A stretch of DNA of 53,017 nucleotides from assembly GCA_003210695.1 (NCBI GenBank), contig QCUW01000001.1, positions 1 to 53,017 of the forward strand. The letters run 5' to 3'. A program made the position numbers and the translations under genes. How positions within the stretch are numbered: position 1 is the stretch's first letter; every line of letters begins with the position of its first letter. The notes beneath the pieces were generated by a model that was not told the DNA's origin, made no database searches, and saw nothing but the letters and a program-made list of their open reading frames with translations. Positions 1-13,231 of this stretch are shown here, piece after piece. This DNA is from Prochlorococcus sp. AG-679-P15. Lineage in GTDB: Bacteria > Cyanobacteriota > Cyanobacteriia > PCC-6307 > Cyanobiaceae.

Positions 1-2
1 CT

Positions 3-800
3 GATTTAGAAATAATTACACCTGCTAGAGAATGGAAGATGAGTAGGGAAGAAGCCATTTTATATGGAGAAAAATTTGGAATTCCTGCTCCCGTTTCTAA
101 AAAGTCACCATACTCGATTGATGTAAATCTTCTTGGTCGTAGTATTGAAGCTGGTTTATTGGAGGATCCAATGCAAGAACCAAATGAAGATGTTTTTGCT
201 ATGACTTCCTCTATTCATGACGCACCAAATTCTCCAGAAGATATAGAAATTGTATTTAAAAATGGATTTCCTATCGGGATAGGGAATGAATTTTTAAGCC
301 CTTTGGAGATTATTCAAAAGGCTAATTCCTCAGCAGGAGAACATGGTTTTGGCAGAATAGATATGATCGAAGATAGAGTAGTTGGTATTAAGAGCAGAGA
401 AATCTATGAGACGCCTGGCCTTTTACTATTAATAAAAGCTCATAAAGAACTGGAAAGTTTAACATTAAATCCGGATGTTCTAGATTTTAAGAATTTAGTC
501 GAAAAAAAATGGGGTCAATTAGTTTATCAGGGATTTTGGTTTGGTCCTCTAAAGAAAGCATTGGATGGTTTTATTGATTCAACTCAAACATCCGTTAATG
601 GCAGGGTAAAAATAAGATTATATAAAGGAAATGCAATTGTAATTGGTCGGTCTTCGGAAAATAATTCCCTTTATAGGAAAGACTTAGCAACCTATAGTAA
701 AGATGATAGTTTTAACCATAAGCATGCCGAAGGTTTTATTTATATGTGGGGGATGTCAAATAAAATATGGGCAGAATTAAATTCAAAAAAAAATAATTAA
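3..800 (+). CDS. argG: Argininosuccinate synthase, C-terminal part (gene starts before the window)
   Basis: Frame is open from position 3 (DLEIITPAREWKMSREE). Motifs PYSIDVNLLGRSIEAG, GRIDMIEDRVVGIKSREIYETP and AEGFI. Confidence 0.97.
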   Translation, partial: DLEIITPAREWKMSREEAILYGEKFGIPAPVSKKSPYSIDVNLLGRSIEAGLLEDPMQEPNEDVFAMTSSIHDAPNSPEDIEIVFKNGFPIGIGNEFLSPLEIIQKANSSAGEHGFGRIDMIEDRVVGIKSREIYETPGLLLLIKAHKELESLTLNPDVLDFKNLVEKKWGQLVYQGFWFGPLKKALDGFIDSTQTSVNGRVKIRLYKGNAIVIGRSSENNSLYRKDLATYSKDDSFNHKHAEGFIYMWGMSNKIWAELNSKKNN

Positions 801-803
801 TAT

Positions 804-1271
804 TCAAGATTCTATTGGTTCTTTAATTTCATTAACTGGAGCTTCTGAAATGTCTGTTTTTTCATCATTTGTTTCTGCAGCTTTTGGCTTTGATTTGTTA
901 GTGGAATCAATATTTTCAGTTTCTTTTTTTTCTAATTGATTAGAGCCTTTATTTGAAGGTCTTGGAGTTGGTAAAGGGCCCTCTTGTTTTACTGTCAAGT
1001 ATCTAATAACATCCTCACTTAAACGCATTGCTTTTTCAATTTTGAAAATATGTTGACCATCACCTTGATGACTTAATTGAACATATATTCCTTCTCTATG
1101 TTTTGCTATTGGATAAGCTAATCTTCTTTTCCCTCTCATTTGACTATCTAGTATTTTTCCTTCTAGTTCTTCAAGAAGTTTATTATATTTATTAATATGA
1201 TTATTTACTTCATCCTCCGCGATATCTGGGCGAAGAATATACATAGTTTCGTAATAGATTTGATCAGTCAT
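804..1271 (-). CDS. rpsF: 30S ribosomal protein S6 with acidic/low-complexity C-terminal tail
   Basis: [33 protein letters not shown] at 1271 preferred over the TTG at 1298. Confidence 0.97.
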   Translation of the reverse strand: MTDQIYYETMYILRPDIAEDEVNNHINKYNKLLEELEGKILDSQMRGKRRLAYPIAKHREGIYVQLSHQGDGQHIFKIEKAMRLSEDVIRYLTVKQEGPLPTPRPSNKGSNQLEKKETENIDSTNKSKPKAAETNDEKTDISEAPVNEIKEPIES

Positions 1272-1277
1272 AATTTT

Positions 1278-1319
1278 CAGACAAGGTCTTAGGCTCAAAA
1301 TTTGTTTAATGAGCGTCTG
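1278..1319 (-). promoter_or_regulatory. Candidate structured 5' leader of rpsF
   Basis: Nested complementarity CAGAC/GUCUG and GCUCA/UGAGC with a 10-nt bulge, ending 6 nt before the ATG. Confidence 0.4.
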
Positions 1320-1379
1320 TGCTTTACTTAGGATACATTATCAAGGTCAAAATCCTTGCAAATTAGATCATTTATTTGA

Positions 1380-5337
<3,958 letters not shown>

Positions 5338-5385
5338 TGATATATTAGATGTACTTACTTATTTGTTTAAACAATTAAATTTTCT

Positions 5386-6240
5386 TTGGCACATCCCTCA
5401 ATTATATTCAAAATTGTTTGTCCTGATCGTCCAGGCTTAGTAAGTCAGCTTACAAGCTGGATATCAAATTATGGTGGCAATATCAGGCACTCAGATCATC
5501 ATACAGATCAAGATGCGGGTCTATTTCTTAGTAGGATTGAATGGAATAGTGTCCATTCAACAATTAATAGAGATGAGATTTACGATAAATTTCAAAAAAT
5601 TGCAGTTGATATAAATGGAAAATTTAATATTAATTATTCAGATGAGATTCCAAATGTTGCTATTTTTGTGAGTAAACAAAACCATTGTTTAATTGATCTA
5701 CTTTGGCGGGTAAGAAATGGTGAACTCAAAATGAATGTTCCATTAATAATTTCTAATCATCCTGACCTTGAAAGTATTGCGAATGACTTTAATGCACAAT
5801 TTGTTTTTTTTGATAATGTTAATTCTTCGAAATCTGATGTTGAAGATCAGATTTTAAAATTAATCGAAAAATTTGATATCGATCTTGTTGTACTAGCGAA
5901 ATATATGCAAATTTTGAGTGACTCTTTTTTGCAAAAGTTTTCTTCAATAATAAATATTCATCATTCTTTCTTACCTGCTTTCAAGGGTGCTCAACCATAT
6001 CATCGTGCATGGAAAAGGGGTGTTAAATTAATAGGTGCTACAGCACATTATGTAACTCAAGATCTCGATGAGGGTCCAATTATTGAACAATGTACTGTAA
6101 ATGTCAGTCATAGAGATGAAGTTGATGATTTGATTCGGAAAGGCAGGGACATTGAGAGAATTGCGTTGGCAAGGGCTGTTAGATTACATTTAAATCATCA
6201 AGTTTTTGTTTATAAAAGCAAAACTGCTGTTTTTGACTGA
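5386..6240 (+). CDS. purU: Formyltetrahydrofolate deformylase
   Basis: N-terminal ACT domain CPDRPGLV; INIHHSFLPAFKGAQPY; GATAHYVT..LDEGPII. Confidence 0.97.
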   Translation: MAHPSIIFKIVCPDRPGLVSQLTSWISNYGGNIRHSDHHTDQDAGLFLSRIEWNSVHSTINRDEIYDKFQKIAVDINGKFNINYSDEIPNVAIFVSKQNHCLIDLLWRVRNGELKMNVPLIISNHPDLESIANDFNAQFVFFDNVNSSKSDVEDQILKLIEKFDIDLVVLAKYMQILSDSFLQKFSSIINIHHSFLPAFKGAQPYHRAWKRGVKLIGATAHYVTQDLDEGPIIEQCTVNVSHRDEVDDLIRKGRDIERIALARAVRLHLNHQVFVYKSKTAVFD

Positions 6241-6249
6241 AAATAATTC

Positions 6250-7608
6250 TTAATCCTCTAATTCAATCTGAATTTGTCTTTCATAAATTGATTCTTCATT
6301 AAATGCTCTTGCTATCAGGAAACTTGCAATACAGCTAATGAGAACTGGCTTCATAATTAATAAATTTTTTGTTAATGCAAAAGCTAAAAACATTGCCGTG
6401 ATTGGTGTTCTAGAGCAGCCTGCTACGAAAGCACCCATTCCAGCAAATATATATGTACTTGGTGCATGACCTGTTGCAATTTCTACCCAGCTTCCCATTA
6501 TTAGTCCAATTGCTCCACCTAAAGTGAGCATAGGATAAAATAGGCCTCCGGGTGCACCTGATGACGCAGCTAAACCTGTTGTAATAAATAATACTAATAC
6601 AGCTAAGATGGCAATTTCAATACTGGTATTTTGTTCAGCTATTATTTTTTGCAACTCATCTAAATTATGAAAAGTGCTTGGTAAGAAGGAATAGATAGTT
6701 CCTAAAATAAGGCCACAGATACTCATTTTTAAAACAAATTTATTTTTATACCATCGTTTTCCAAGATTTTGCATTAGAAGAATATACCTGCTATAAAGCT
6801 CTGCAAAAATCCCTACAATTACTCCAAGCAAAACCAAATAAAGAAAATCAATCGGTAAGAAAAATACGGAAGGTTCATATTCTTTTTGGATTAAAAATCC
6901 TAGGTTAAAATCAAATCCTCCTGCTTTAGGATCTAAACCTAAGGCTTGAATAATATCAGCAGAAGAATCCGCTATGAAGGTTGTAATCACAACTAATAAT
7001 AAAATTACTGGTCGGGCTGAGTTTAATAATTCTTCTATTGCATAAACAAATCCTCCTAATGGGGCGCTAAAAACGGCAGCTATTCCAGCTCCGCCACCTG
7101 CAGCGACAATAACTCTTCTAAAAGCTAAAGGAGCCTTAAGCCATTTTGCCATTTGCCAAGCAACAGACCCTCCCATTTGCACAGAAGGACCTTCTGGACC
7201 CAAGGGGAAGCCACTACCAATGGCAATAATGCCAGATATGAGCTTTACTAATCCTACTTTCAGATTCATTGGAACTTTTTTATGCCTTAAGAATCCCATT
7301 ATTTGACTGACTCCTGAACCTTTTGCCGCTGGAGCAATATTTTTAATTAGAAATCCTGCTAAGGCACCTCCAATAGCTCCAAAAATTGGTAGAACTGTAA
7401 TAGATGGAAATTGGTCTAATAATGTCAATCTCCAATTGTTAATAAAATAAATTCCAGTTTTAAAAAATATGCTTGTTATCGAAGCTCCTAAACCTGTCAA
7501 TAAAAGTGATATGACGACTACAAAAGACCTTTGTTTGACTAATTTTTTAATGCTTCGAGAAGAGTTATTGCCTGTCTTTCTAATATTTTCTTTTATAAGG
7601 TTTTGCAT
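6250..7608 (-). CDS. ClC family Cl-/H+ antiporter
   Basis: GSGVS, GPEGP, AIEEL, PGGLFYP, SIYE signature segments; many TM helices; no CBS tail. Confidence 0.93.
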   Translation of the reverse strand: MQNLIKENIRKTGNNSSRSIKKLVKQRSFVVVISLLLTGLGASITSIFFKTGIYFINNWRLTLLDQFPSITVLPIFGAIGGALAGFLIKNIAPAAKGSGVSQIMGFLRHKKVPMNLKVGLVKLISGIIAIGSGFPLGPEGPSVQMGGSVAWQMAKWLKAPLAFRRVIVAAGGGAGIAAVFSAPLGGFVYAIEELLNSARPVILLLVVITTFIADSSADIIQALGLDPKAGGFDFNLGFLIQKEYEPSVFFLPIDFLYLVLLGVIVGIFAELYSRYILLMQNLGKRWYKNKFVLKMSICGLILGTIYSFLPSTFHNLDELQKIIAEQNTSIEIAILAVLVLFITTGLAASSGAPGGLFYPMLTLGGAIGLIMGSWVEIATGHAPSTYIFAGMGAFVAGCSRTPITAMFLAFALTKNLLIMKPVLISCIASFLIARAFNEESIYERQIQIELED

Positions 7609-7617
7609 ATTTTATGC

Positions 7618-10191
7618 TTACTTTGACAAGCTGAAATCGCGTATTTCATCAAATTGAAGATAGCGATAAAGTTCATCTGAATATGGATTTATTTTATTTT
7701 TAGTAATATCTTGATATTCTTCTATTTCAGGAATTTTTCCAAGAAGTGCACAAACTGCTGCTAATTCAGCACTTCCTAAAAATACTTGAGCATTTTTCCC
7801 CAACCTATTGTCAAAATTTCTTGTACTAGTAGAAAATACTACTGATCCTTCATCTACTCTGGCTTGATTTCCCATGCATAAAGAACAGCCAGGCAATTCT
7901 AATCTTGCACCACAATTTTCAAATATTTTATAGTAACCTTCATTTTTTAGTGTTTCCTCGTCCATTTTTGTAGGTGGACAAATCCATAGTTTTGCTTTTA
8001 AATTTTTCACACCTTCAAGAACTTTTGCGGCAGCTCTGTAGTGACCAATGTTTGTCATACAAGAACCTATAAAAACTTCATCAATATTAGTATTTGCAAC
8101 ATCAGTAATTTCTTTCACATTATCTGGATCGTTGGGGCAAGCAACTATAGGTTGTTTAACTTGTGATAAGTCAATTTCGATTATTTCTTCGTAACTTGCA
8201 TTCAGATCTGGTTGAATTAAATCAGGTTTCTTTAACCAATTTTTCATATCATTAATTCTTCTTGATATAGACTTTGAATCTTCATAATTGCTTTCAATCA
8301 TTTTTTCTAGAAGGCAAATATTGCTTTTTATGTATTCTTGTACAGTTTCCTTTGATAAAAGTATTGTACTGCCAGCACATGAGCGTTCTGCAGTCGCATC
8401 AGTTAGTTCAAAAGCTTGTTCAAGTTTTAAGTTAGGTAATCCTTCAATTTCCATAATTTTTCCGTTAAATATATTTTTTTTATTTGCTTTTTCAACAGTC
8501 AAAAGTCCTTTTTTAATCGCGAAGAGGGGGATTGCATTCACTAAATCTCGTAATGTTATGCCTGGTAATAAATCGCCCTTAAATTTTATGAGTACTGATT
8601 CTGGCATGTTTAATGGCATTGATCCTATCGCAGCAGCAAAGGCAACAATGCCTGAGCCTCCAGGAAATGAAATTCCAAGAGGGAATCTAGTATGACTATC
8701 TCCACCTGTACCAACAGTATCAGGAAGGAGCATTCTGTTAAGCCAGCTGTGTATTATTCCATCTCCAGGTTTTAGAGCTACCCCACCTCTTTGAGATATA
8801 AAGTCAGGTAATTCTTTGTGTGTAAGCAAATCTACCGGTTTAGGATATGCAGCTGTGTGACAAAAACTTTGCATAACTAAATCTGCAGTGAATCCTAAAC
8901 AAGCTAATTCTTTAAGTTCATCCCTAGTCATTGGCCCAGTAGTATCTTGACTTCCAACTGTCGTCATAATTGGTTCACAGGTCATTCCAGGTCGAACCCC
9001 CTTTAAACCGCATGCTTTACCTACTATTTTTTGTGCTTGCGTAAAACCTGAATCAATTTCTTTTGGATTTTTTGGCCGGATAAATATGTCACTAGGTGGA
9101 TAATTTAATTTGTTTCTAATCTTGTCTGTGAGTGACCTCCCAATCATGAGATTAATTCTGCCTCCAGCTTGAATTTCATCAGTAATTGTTGATGGACACA
9201 AGTCGAATTTACTTATTACTACTTCAGAATTGGTATTTTTTTCAATTTTTTTAATAACACCCTCATAAGGAAATATTTTTATTAAATCTCCTGTTTTCAT
9301 ACGAGATACATCAGCCTCTATCGGAAGTGCTCCTGAATCTTGTGCGGTATTAAAAAAAATAGGAGCTATTTTGCTACCAATTATTATTCCTCCGGTTCTT
9401 TTATTGGGGACAAAAGGGATATCTTCTCCGATATGCCATATCAGTGAATTTATAGCTGATTTTCTTGAACTTCCTGTACCTACTACATCTCCAACATATG
9501 CAATTTGTACCTCTTGCTTTTTAAGATTATCAAGAATTTCTAATGCATCTTGTTTTTTAAATTCGAGCATAGCCAATGCGTGCATTGGTATATCTGGACG
9601 TGTTGTAGCATGAACAGCAGGAGATAAGTCATCTGTATTTGTTTCCCCATCAATTTTGAATACTAGACAAGTAATTTCTTTCTCTAGAACTTTTTTACTT
9701 TTGAACCATTCTGCATTTGCCCAACTATTTACAATCTCTTTTGCATAAATATTATTTTGGGATAATTCATAAATATCATTCGCTGAATCGTAAACAAGAA
9801 TGATATTTTTTAAAACCTCTGCCGCTTTTTTAGCTAGTAAACTTTCCCCCTCTTTAAGTATTTCAATCAGAGAATTAACATTATATCCACCTATCATTGT
9901 GCCCAGTATTTCAATTGCTTTTTCAGGATTAATGTATCTGCAATGTTTATCACCTTGAGCAATTGCTGTAAGCCAGCTTGCTTTCACATAGGCTGCTTCA
10001 TCCACTCCTGGGGGGACTCTATTCATAAGCAAATCTAGTAAATATTTACTTTCGTAATTTGTTTCTTTCTCTAATAATTGCGTAATACAATTTGTTTGTA
10101 CTGCATTTAGTGGTAATGGAGGTATGCCTTTAGAGGCTCTCTCAATTACGTGATCTTCATAATCTTTGAGCAATGTTTCCAATTTCTTCAT
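7618..10191 (-). CDS. acnB: Aconitate hydratase B
   Basis: RVPPGVDEAAYVKA, TNTDDLSPA, GTGSSRKSA, FIGSCMTN, GCSLCMGNQAR. Confidence 0.98.
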   Translation of the reverse strand: MKKLETLLKDYEDHVIERASKGIPPLPLNAVQTNCITQLLEKETNYESKYLLDLLMNRVPPGVDEAAYVKASWLTAIAQGDKHCRYINPEKAIEILGTMIGGYNVNSLIEILKEGESLLAKKAAEVLKNIILVYDSANDIYELSQNNIYAKEIVNSWANAEWFKSKKVLEKEITCLVFKIDGETNTDDLSPAVHATTRPDIPMHALAMLEFKKQDALEILDNLKKQEVQIAYVGDVVGTGSSRKSAINSLIWHIGEDIPFVPNKRTGGIIIGSKIAPIFFNTAQDSGALPIEADVSRMKTGDLIKIFPYEGVIKKIEKNTNSEVVISKFDLCPSTITDEIQAGGRINLMIGRSLTDKIRNKLNYPPSDIFIRPKNPKEIDSGFTQAQKIVGKACGLKGVRPGMTCEPIMTTVGSQDTTGPMTRDELKELACLGFTADLVMQSFCHTAAYPKPVDLLTHKELPDFISQRGGVALKPGDGIIHSWLNRMLLPDTVGTGGDSHTRFPLGISFPGGSGIVAFAAAIGSMPLNMPESVLIKFKGDLLPGITLRDLVNAIPLFAIKKGLLTVEKANKKNIFNGKIMEIEGLPNLKLEQAFELTDATAERSCAGSTILLSKETVQEYIKSNICLLEKMIESNYEDSKSISRRINDMKNWLKKPDLIQPDLNASYEEIIEIDLSQVKQPIVACPNDPDNVKEITDVANTNIDEVFIGSCMTNIGHYRAAAKVLEGVKNLKAKLWICPPTKMDEETLKNEGYYKIFENCGARLELPGCSLCMGNQARVDEGSVVFSTSTRNFDNRLGKNAQVFLGSAELAAVCALLGKIPEIEEYQDITKNKINPYSDELYRYLQFDEIRDFSLSK

Positions 10192-10288
10192 TTGTAAGGT
10201 TTAATGCCTAATCTATTGTTATTTTTAATATTAATAAGAAGAGTATTCATAAATGCTTTTTTAAATATTTAAACTTCTTAATTATTTA

Positions 10289-11357
10289 ATGCCGACTTCA
10301 TCCAATAATCAATCTTTAGAGAAAACATCTGATTTGCATGTTGTAGAAACTCGTCCTTTAATACCTCCAAGCAAACTACATAAAGATATCCCTTTAGATT
10401 ATACCTCTGCTGATACTGTATCTAATGCTAGAAGGTCAATACAAAATATTCTACATAAGAATGATCCGAGGCTTTTAGTCATAGTGGGACCATGCTCGAT
10501 ACATGATATTGAGGCTGCTAAAGAATATGCAGAATATATTCAGGAATTTAGAAAAATTTATAAGGATAAATTAGAAATTGTAATGCGAGTATATTTTGAA
10601 AAACCAAGAACTACAATCGGATGGAAAGGATTAATAAATGACCCGCATTTAGATGGTTCATATGATATTAATACAGGTTTACGAAGAGCTAGAAATTTAT
10701 TATCTTATCTAGCAGCTCGCGGCATACCTTCAGCTACAGAGTTGTTAGATCCAATTGTTCCGCAATATATTGCTGATTTGATCAGTTGGACAGCAATAGG
10801 TGCAAGGACTACTGAAAGTCAAACTCATAGAGAAATGGCATCAGGATTATCTATGCCAATAGGTTTTAAAAATGGTACAGATGGCTCTTTCGATACAGCT
10901 ATTAACGCGATGCAATCAGCTTCCAAATCTCATCATTTTTTAGGTGTTAATGATCAAGGTTATGCTTCCATTGTTAATACTACTGGAAACCCAGATGGTC
11001 ATATAGTTTTAAGGGGGGGGGTCAAAAGGAGTCAACTTTGAGAACCATCATGTCAAAAGTATTTCTGCGGAATTAAGAGCAAATAATCTTCCTTTTAAAG
11101 TTATGATTGACTGTAGTCATGGAAATTCTCACAAAGACTATAAGAAGCAATCTCATGTTCTAAAAAATGTCGCAGATCAGATTAAGAAAGGCGAAAAAAA
11201 TATTTTAGGAGTTATGCTTGAAAGTCACCTTAAGGAAGGTAATCAAAAACTTACAAAAAGAGAGGATCTTGAGTATGGGAGAAGTATCACTGACGCTTGT
11301 ATAAATATAGATTCAACAAAAACTTTGCTTGAGTTTTTGTATGATTCAATTTTGTAA
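10289..11357 (+). CDS. aroG: Class I DAHP synthase, split by a one-base insertion in a G9 run (11013-11021); 355 aa if one G is removed
   Basis: GPCSIHD, RVYFEKPRTT, IGARTTESQ and HIVLRGG are in ORF 10289..11041; MIDCSHGNS, ESHL and SITDAC are in ORF 11103..11357. The halves join seamlessly on deleting one G. Confidence 0.95.
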
Positions 11358-11358
11358 T

Positions 11359-12003
11359 TTATAAACCCGTAATAAAAAAGTTAAAGCAGAATGCAGTAGC
11401 AATTGGCACTATAAAATTATCTATTCCTAATATACTAAATTGTTCAAGAACGGTAGCAAAAAAAGCAATGGTAAGAAAATTGATATTAAATGTATATTTC
11501 TGGAAAAAACTTAAACTAAAAACTACTATCAAGCTTGTAAGGAACATAGTTAATGTTCCCAATATGGATTTTTTTTGGCCAAAAAAATTCCAACTTTTTG
11601 ATTGAAAGTTCCCCCCAATTAATCCTGCAAAGCCATCTCCAAATGTCATTATAAAAAATCCAGTAATCAGTGCTGTAGGGTCTTTATTCCAATAAAGGTA
11701 AATTAAAATAAATAAACTTAGACAATAAAATAATGTTCCATAACTTTTTCTTTCTACATCTTCAATAGTTGGGAATAATTTAGATTGATAATTTATGAAA
11801 GTTAATAATGAAACAAGTCCAGTAAAATATAGTGCAGAATTTTGATCAATATTTAAAAATTTTGCCAAAGGAATTAAAGGTCCTATTCCAATATGAATAA
11901 TTTTTCTAATTGCTTCTTTATTATTTGGATTATATCTTTTATAAGATACTGATATTAAAAAGATAAAAAATATATAAATTACAATAAAAGCAAATTTTAA
12001 CAA
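11359..12003 (-). CDS. Phytol/dolichol kinase family (SEC59/VTE5-like) membrane protein
   Basis: RKIIHIG, FGDGFAGLIG, KKSILG, IDNFIVP; hydrophobic. Confidence 0.85.
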   Translation of the reverse strand: MLKFAFIVIYIFFIFLISVSYKRYNPNNKEAIRKIIHIGIGPLIPLAKFLNIDQNSALYFTGLVSLLTFINYQSKLFPTIEDVERKSYGTLFYCLSLFILIYLYWNKDPTALITGFFIMTFGDGFAGLIGGNFQSKSWNFFGQKKSILGTLTMFLTSLIVVFSLSFFQKYTFNINFLTIAFFATVLEQFSILGIDNFIVPIATAFCFNFFITGL

Positions 12004-12008
12004 ATTAA

Positions 12009-13031
12009 CTATGCTGCTTTTTGATGAGTGGTCATTACTCTTAGTTTTAATATTGCTTTTGCTTCAAGTTGCCTAACTCTTTCTCTAGATACATTTATTT
12101 GTCTTCCTATTTCGGCTAGTGTTAAAGGCTCTTCTCCATCTAGGCCAAATCTAAGCTTCATAATTTTTTGTTCTCTTTCATTTAGTTGCGCAAGCCAAGT
12201 CCCTAAATGTTCTTTTTGGATAGTTCTATCCATACCCTCCATAGGCTCTTCTCCATTTGGATCAGGAATAAGTTCGCCAAGAGTACTACGATCTTCCTCG
12301 CCTCTTGCATGAGCATCAAGAGATGCGCATGGTGCACTTTGCGAGATTAAGTCTTCTAAATCTTTTTGCTCAATACCCATTGCGTTTGCCATCTCTAATC
12401 TGGTTGGTTGTCTACCAAATTTATGAGATAATTCTCTCGAAACTCTTCTCATTTTGGATAATTTTTCACTTATATGAATTGGCAATCGAATTGTTCTAGC
12501 ACTATTGTCAATAGCTCTGGTCATTCCTTGCCTTATCCACCAATAAGCATAAGTAGAAAATTTATATCCCATTGCAGGATCAAATTTATCTACAGCTCTT
12601 TCTAATCCAATTGCACCTTCTTGTACCAAGTCTAATAACTCCAAACCTTGATTTTGATACTTCTTAGCAACAGATACTACAAGTCTTAAATTGGCTGCCA
12701 TCATTCTATCTCTCGCTCGTTTCCCAATTTTAATTAGATGGCGATTTCTTCTTGATCTTTCGACTGCAGGAGTTTCTAGCAATTTTTTCATGTTTTGAAC
12801 ATGATGAGCTAGCTCGATTTCTTCTGCTGCAGTAAGTAGAGGAACTCTCCCTATGCTGCTTAAGTAATGGCCAATAGAATCTGAAGCAAGTCTTGTAGAT
12901 TTTTTTTGGCTTTGTTTACCAGCTAAGCTGGATTTTGTTTTGCGAGTTTTCCCCGCAGTATTTGGTAATCTAGGTTCTTCAATATTATTTTTTGAAGAAC
13001 TATTTCCAGATTCCAGAGGGATCCCCATCAC
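12009..13031 (-). CDS. Group 2 sigma-70 factor
   Basis: Region 1.2 YLSSIGRVPLL; region 2 ANLRLVVSVAKKY..DLVQEG..KFSTYAYWWIRQ; region 4 SRERVRQLE. AGGAGG RBS upstream. Confidence 0.96.
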   Translation of the reverse strand: MMGIPLESGNSSSKNNIEEPRLPNTAGKTRKTKSSLAGKQSQKKSTRLASDSIGHYLSSIGRVPLLTAAEEIELAHHVQNMKKLLETPAVERSRRNRHLIKIGKRARDRMMAANLRLVVSVAKKYQNQGLELLDLVQEGAIGLERAVDKFDPAMGYKFSTYAYWWIRQGMTRAIDNSARTIRLPIHISEKLSKMRRVSRELSHKFGRQPTRLEMANAMGIEQKDLEDLISQSAPCASLDAHARGEEDRSTLGELIPDPNGEEPMEGMDRTIQKEHLGTWLAQLNEREQKIMKLRFGLDGEEPLTLAEIGRQINVSRERVRQLEAKAILKLRVMTTHQKAA

Positions 13032-13231
13032 CCTGGCCTCCTAAAACGGATTTTTTAAAAGCTAGCACTGAAATCGAGATAAAAACTACTTTTGCGTTGA
13101 AACTTTAAAGACAAATTAAATTAATTTTATTATTATTTACCCAAATCTATTGATATGACTGGGTTTTATAGAAATATAAAATTTTTAAAAATATTAAGTA
13201 ATTTTTTGAAATGTTATAAAAATCAATATAA

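Noticed and set aside
11103-11357. Separate 84-aa gene
   Set aside because: It is the C-terminal part of the frameshifted DAHP synthase.
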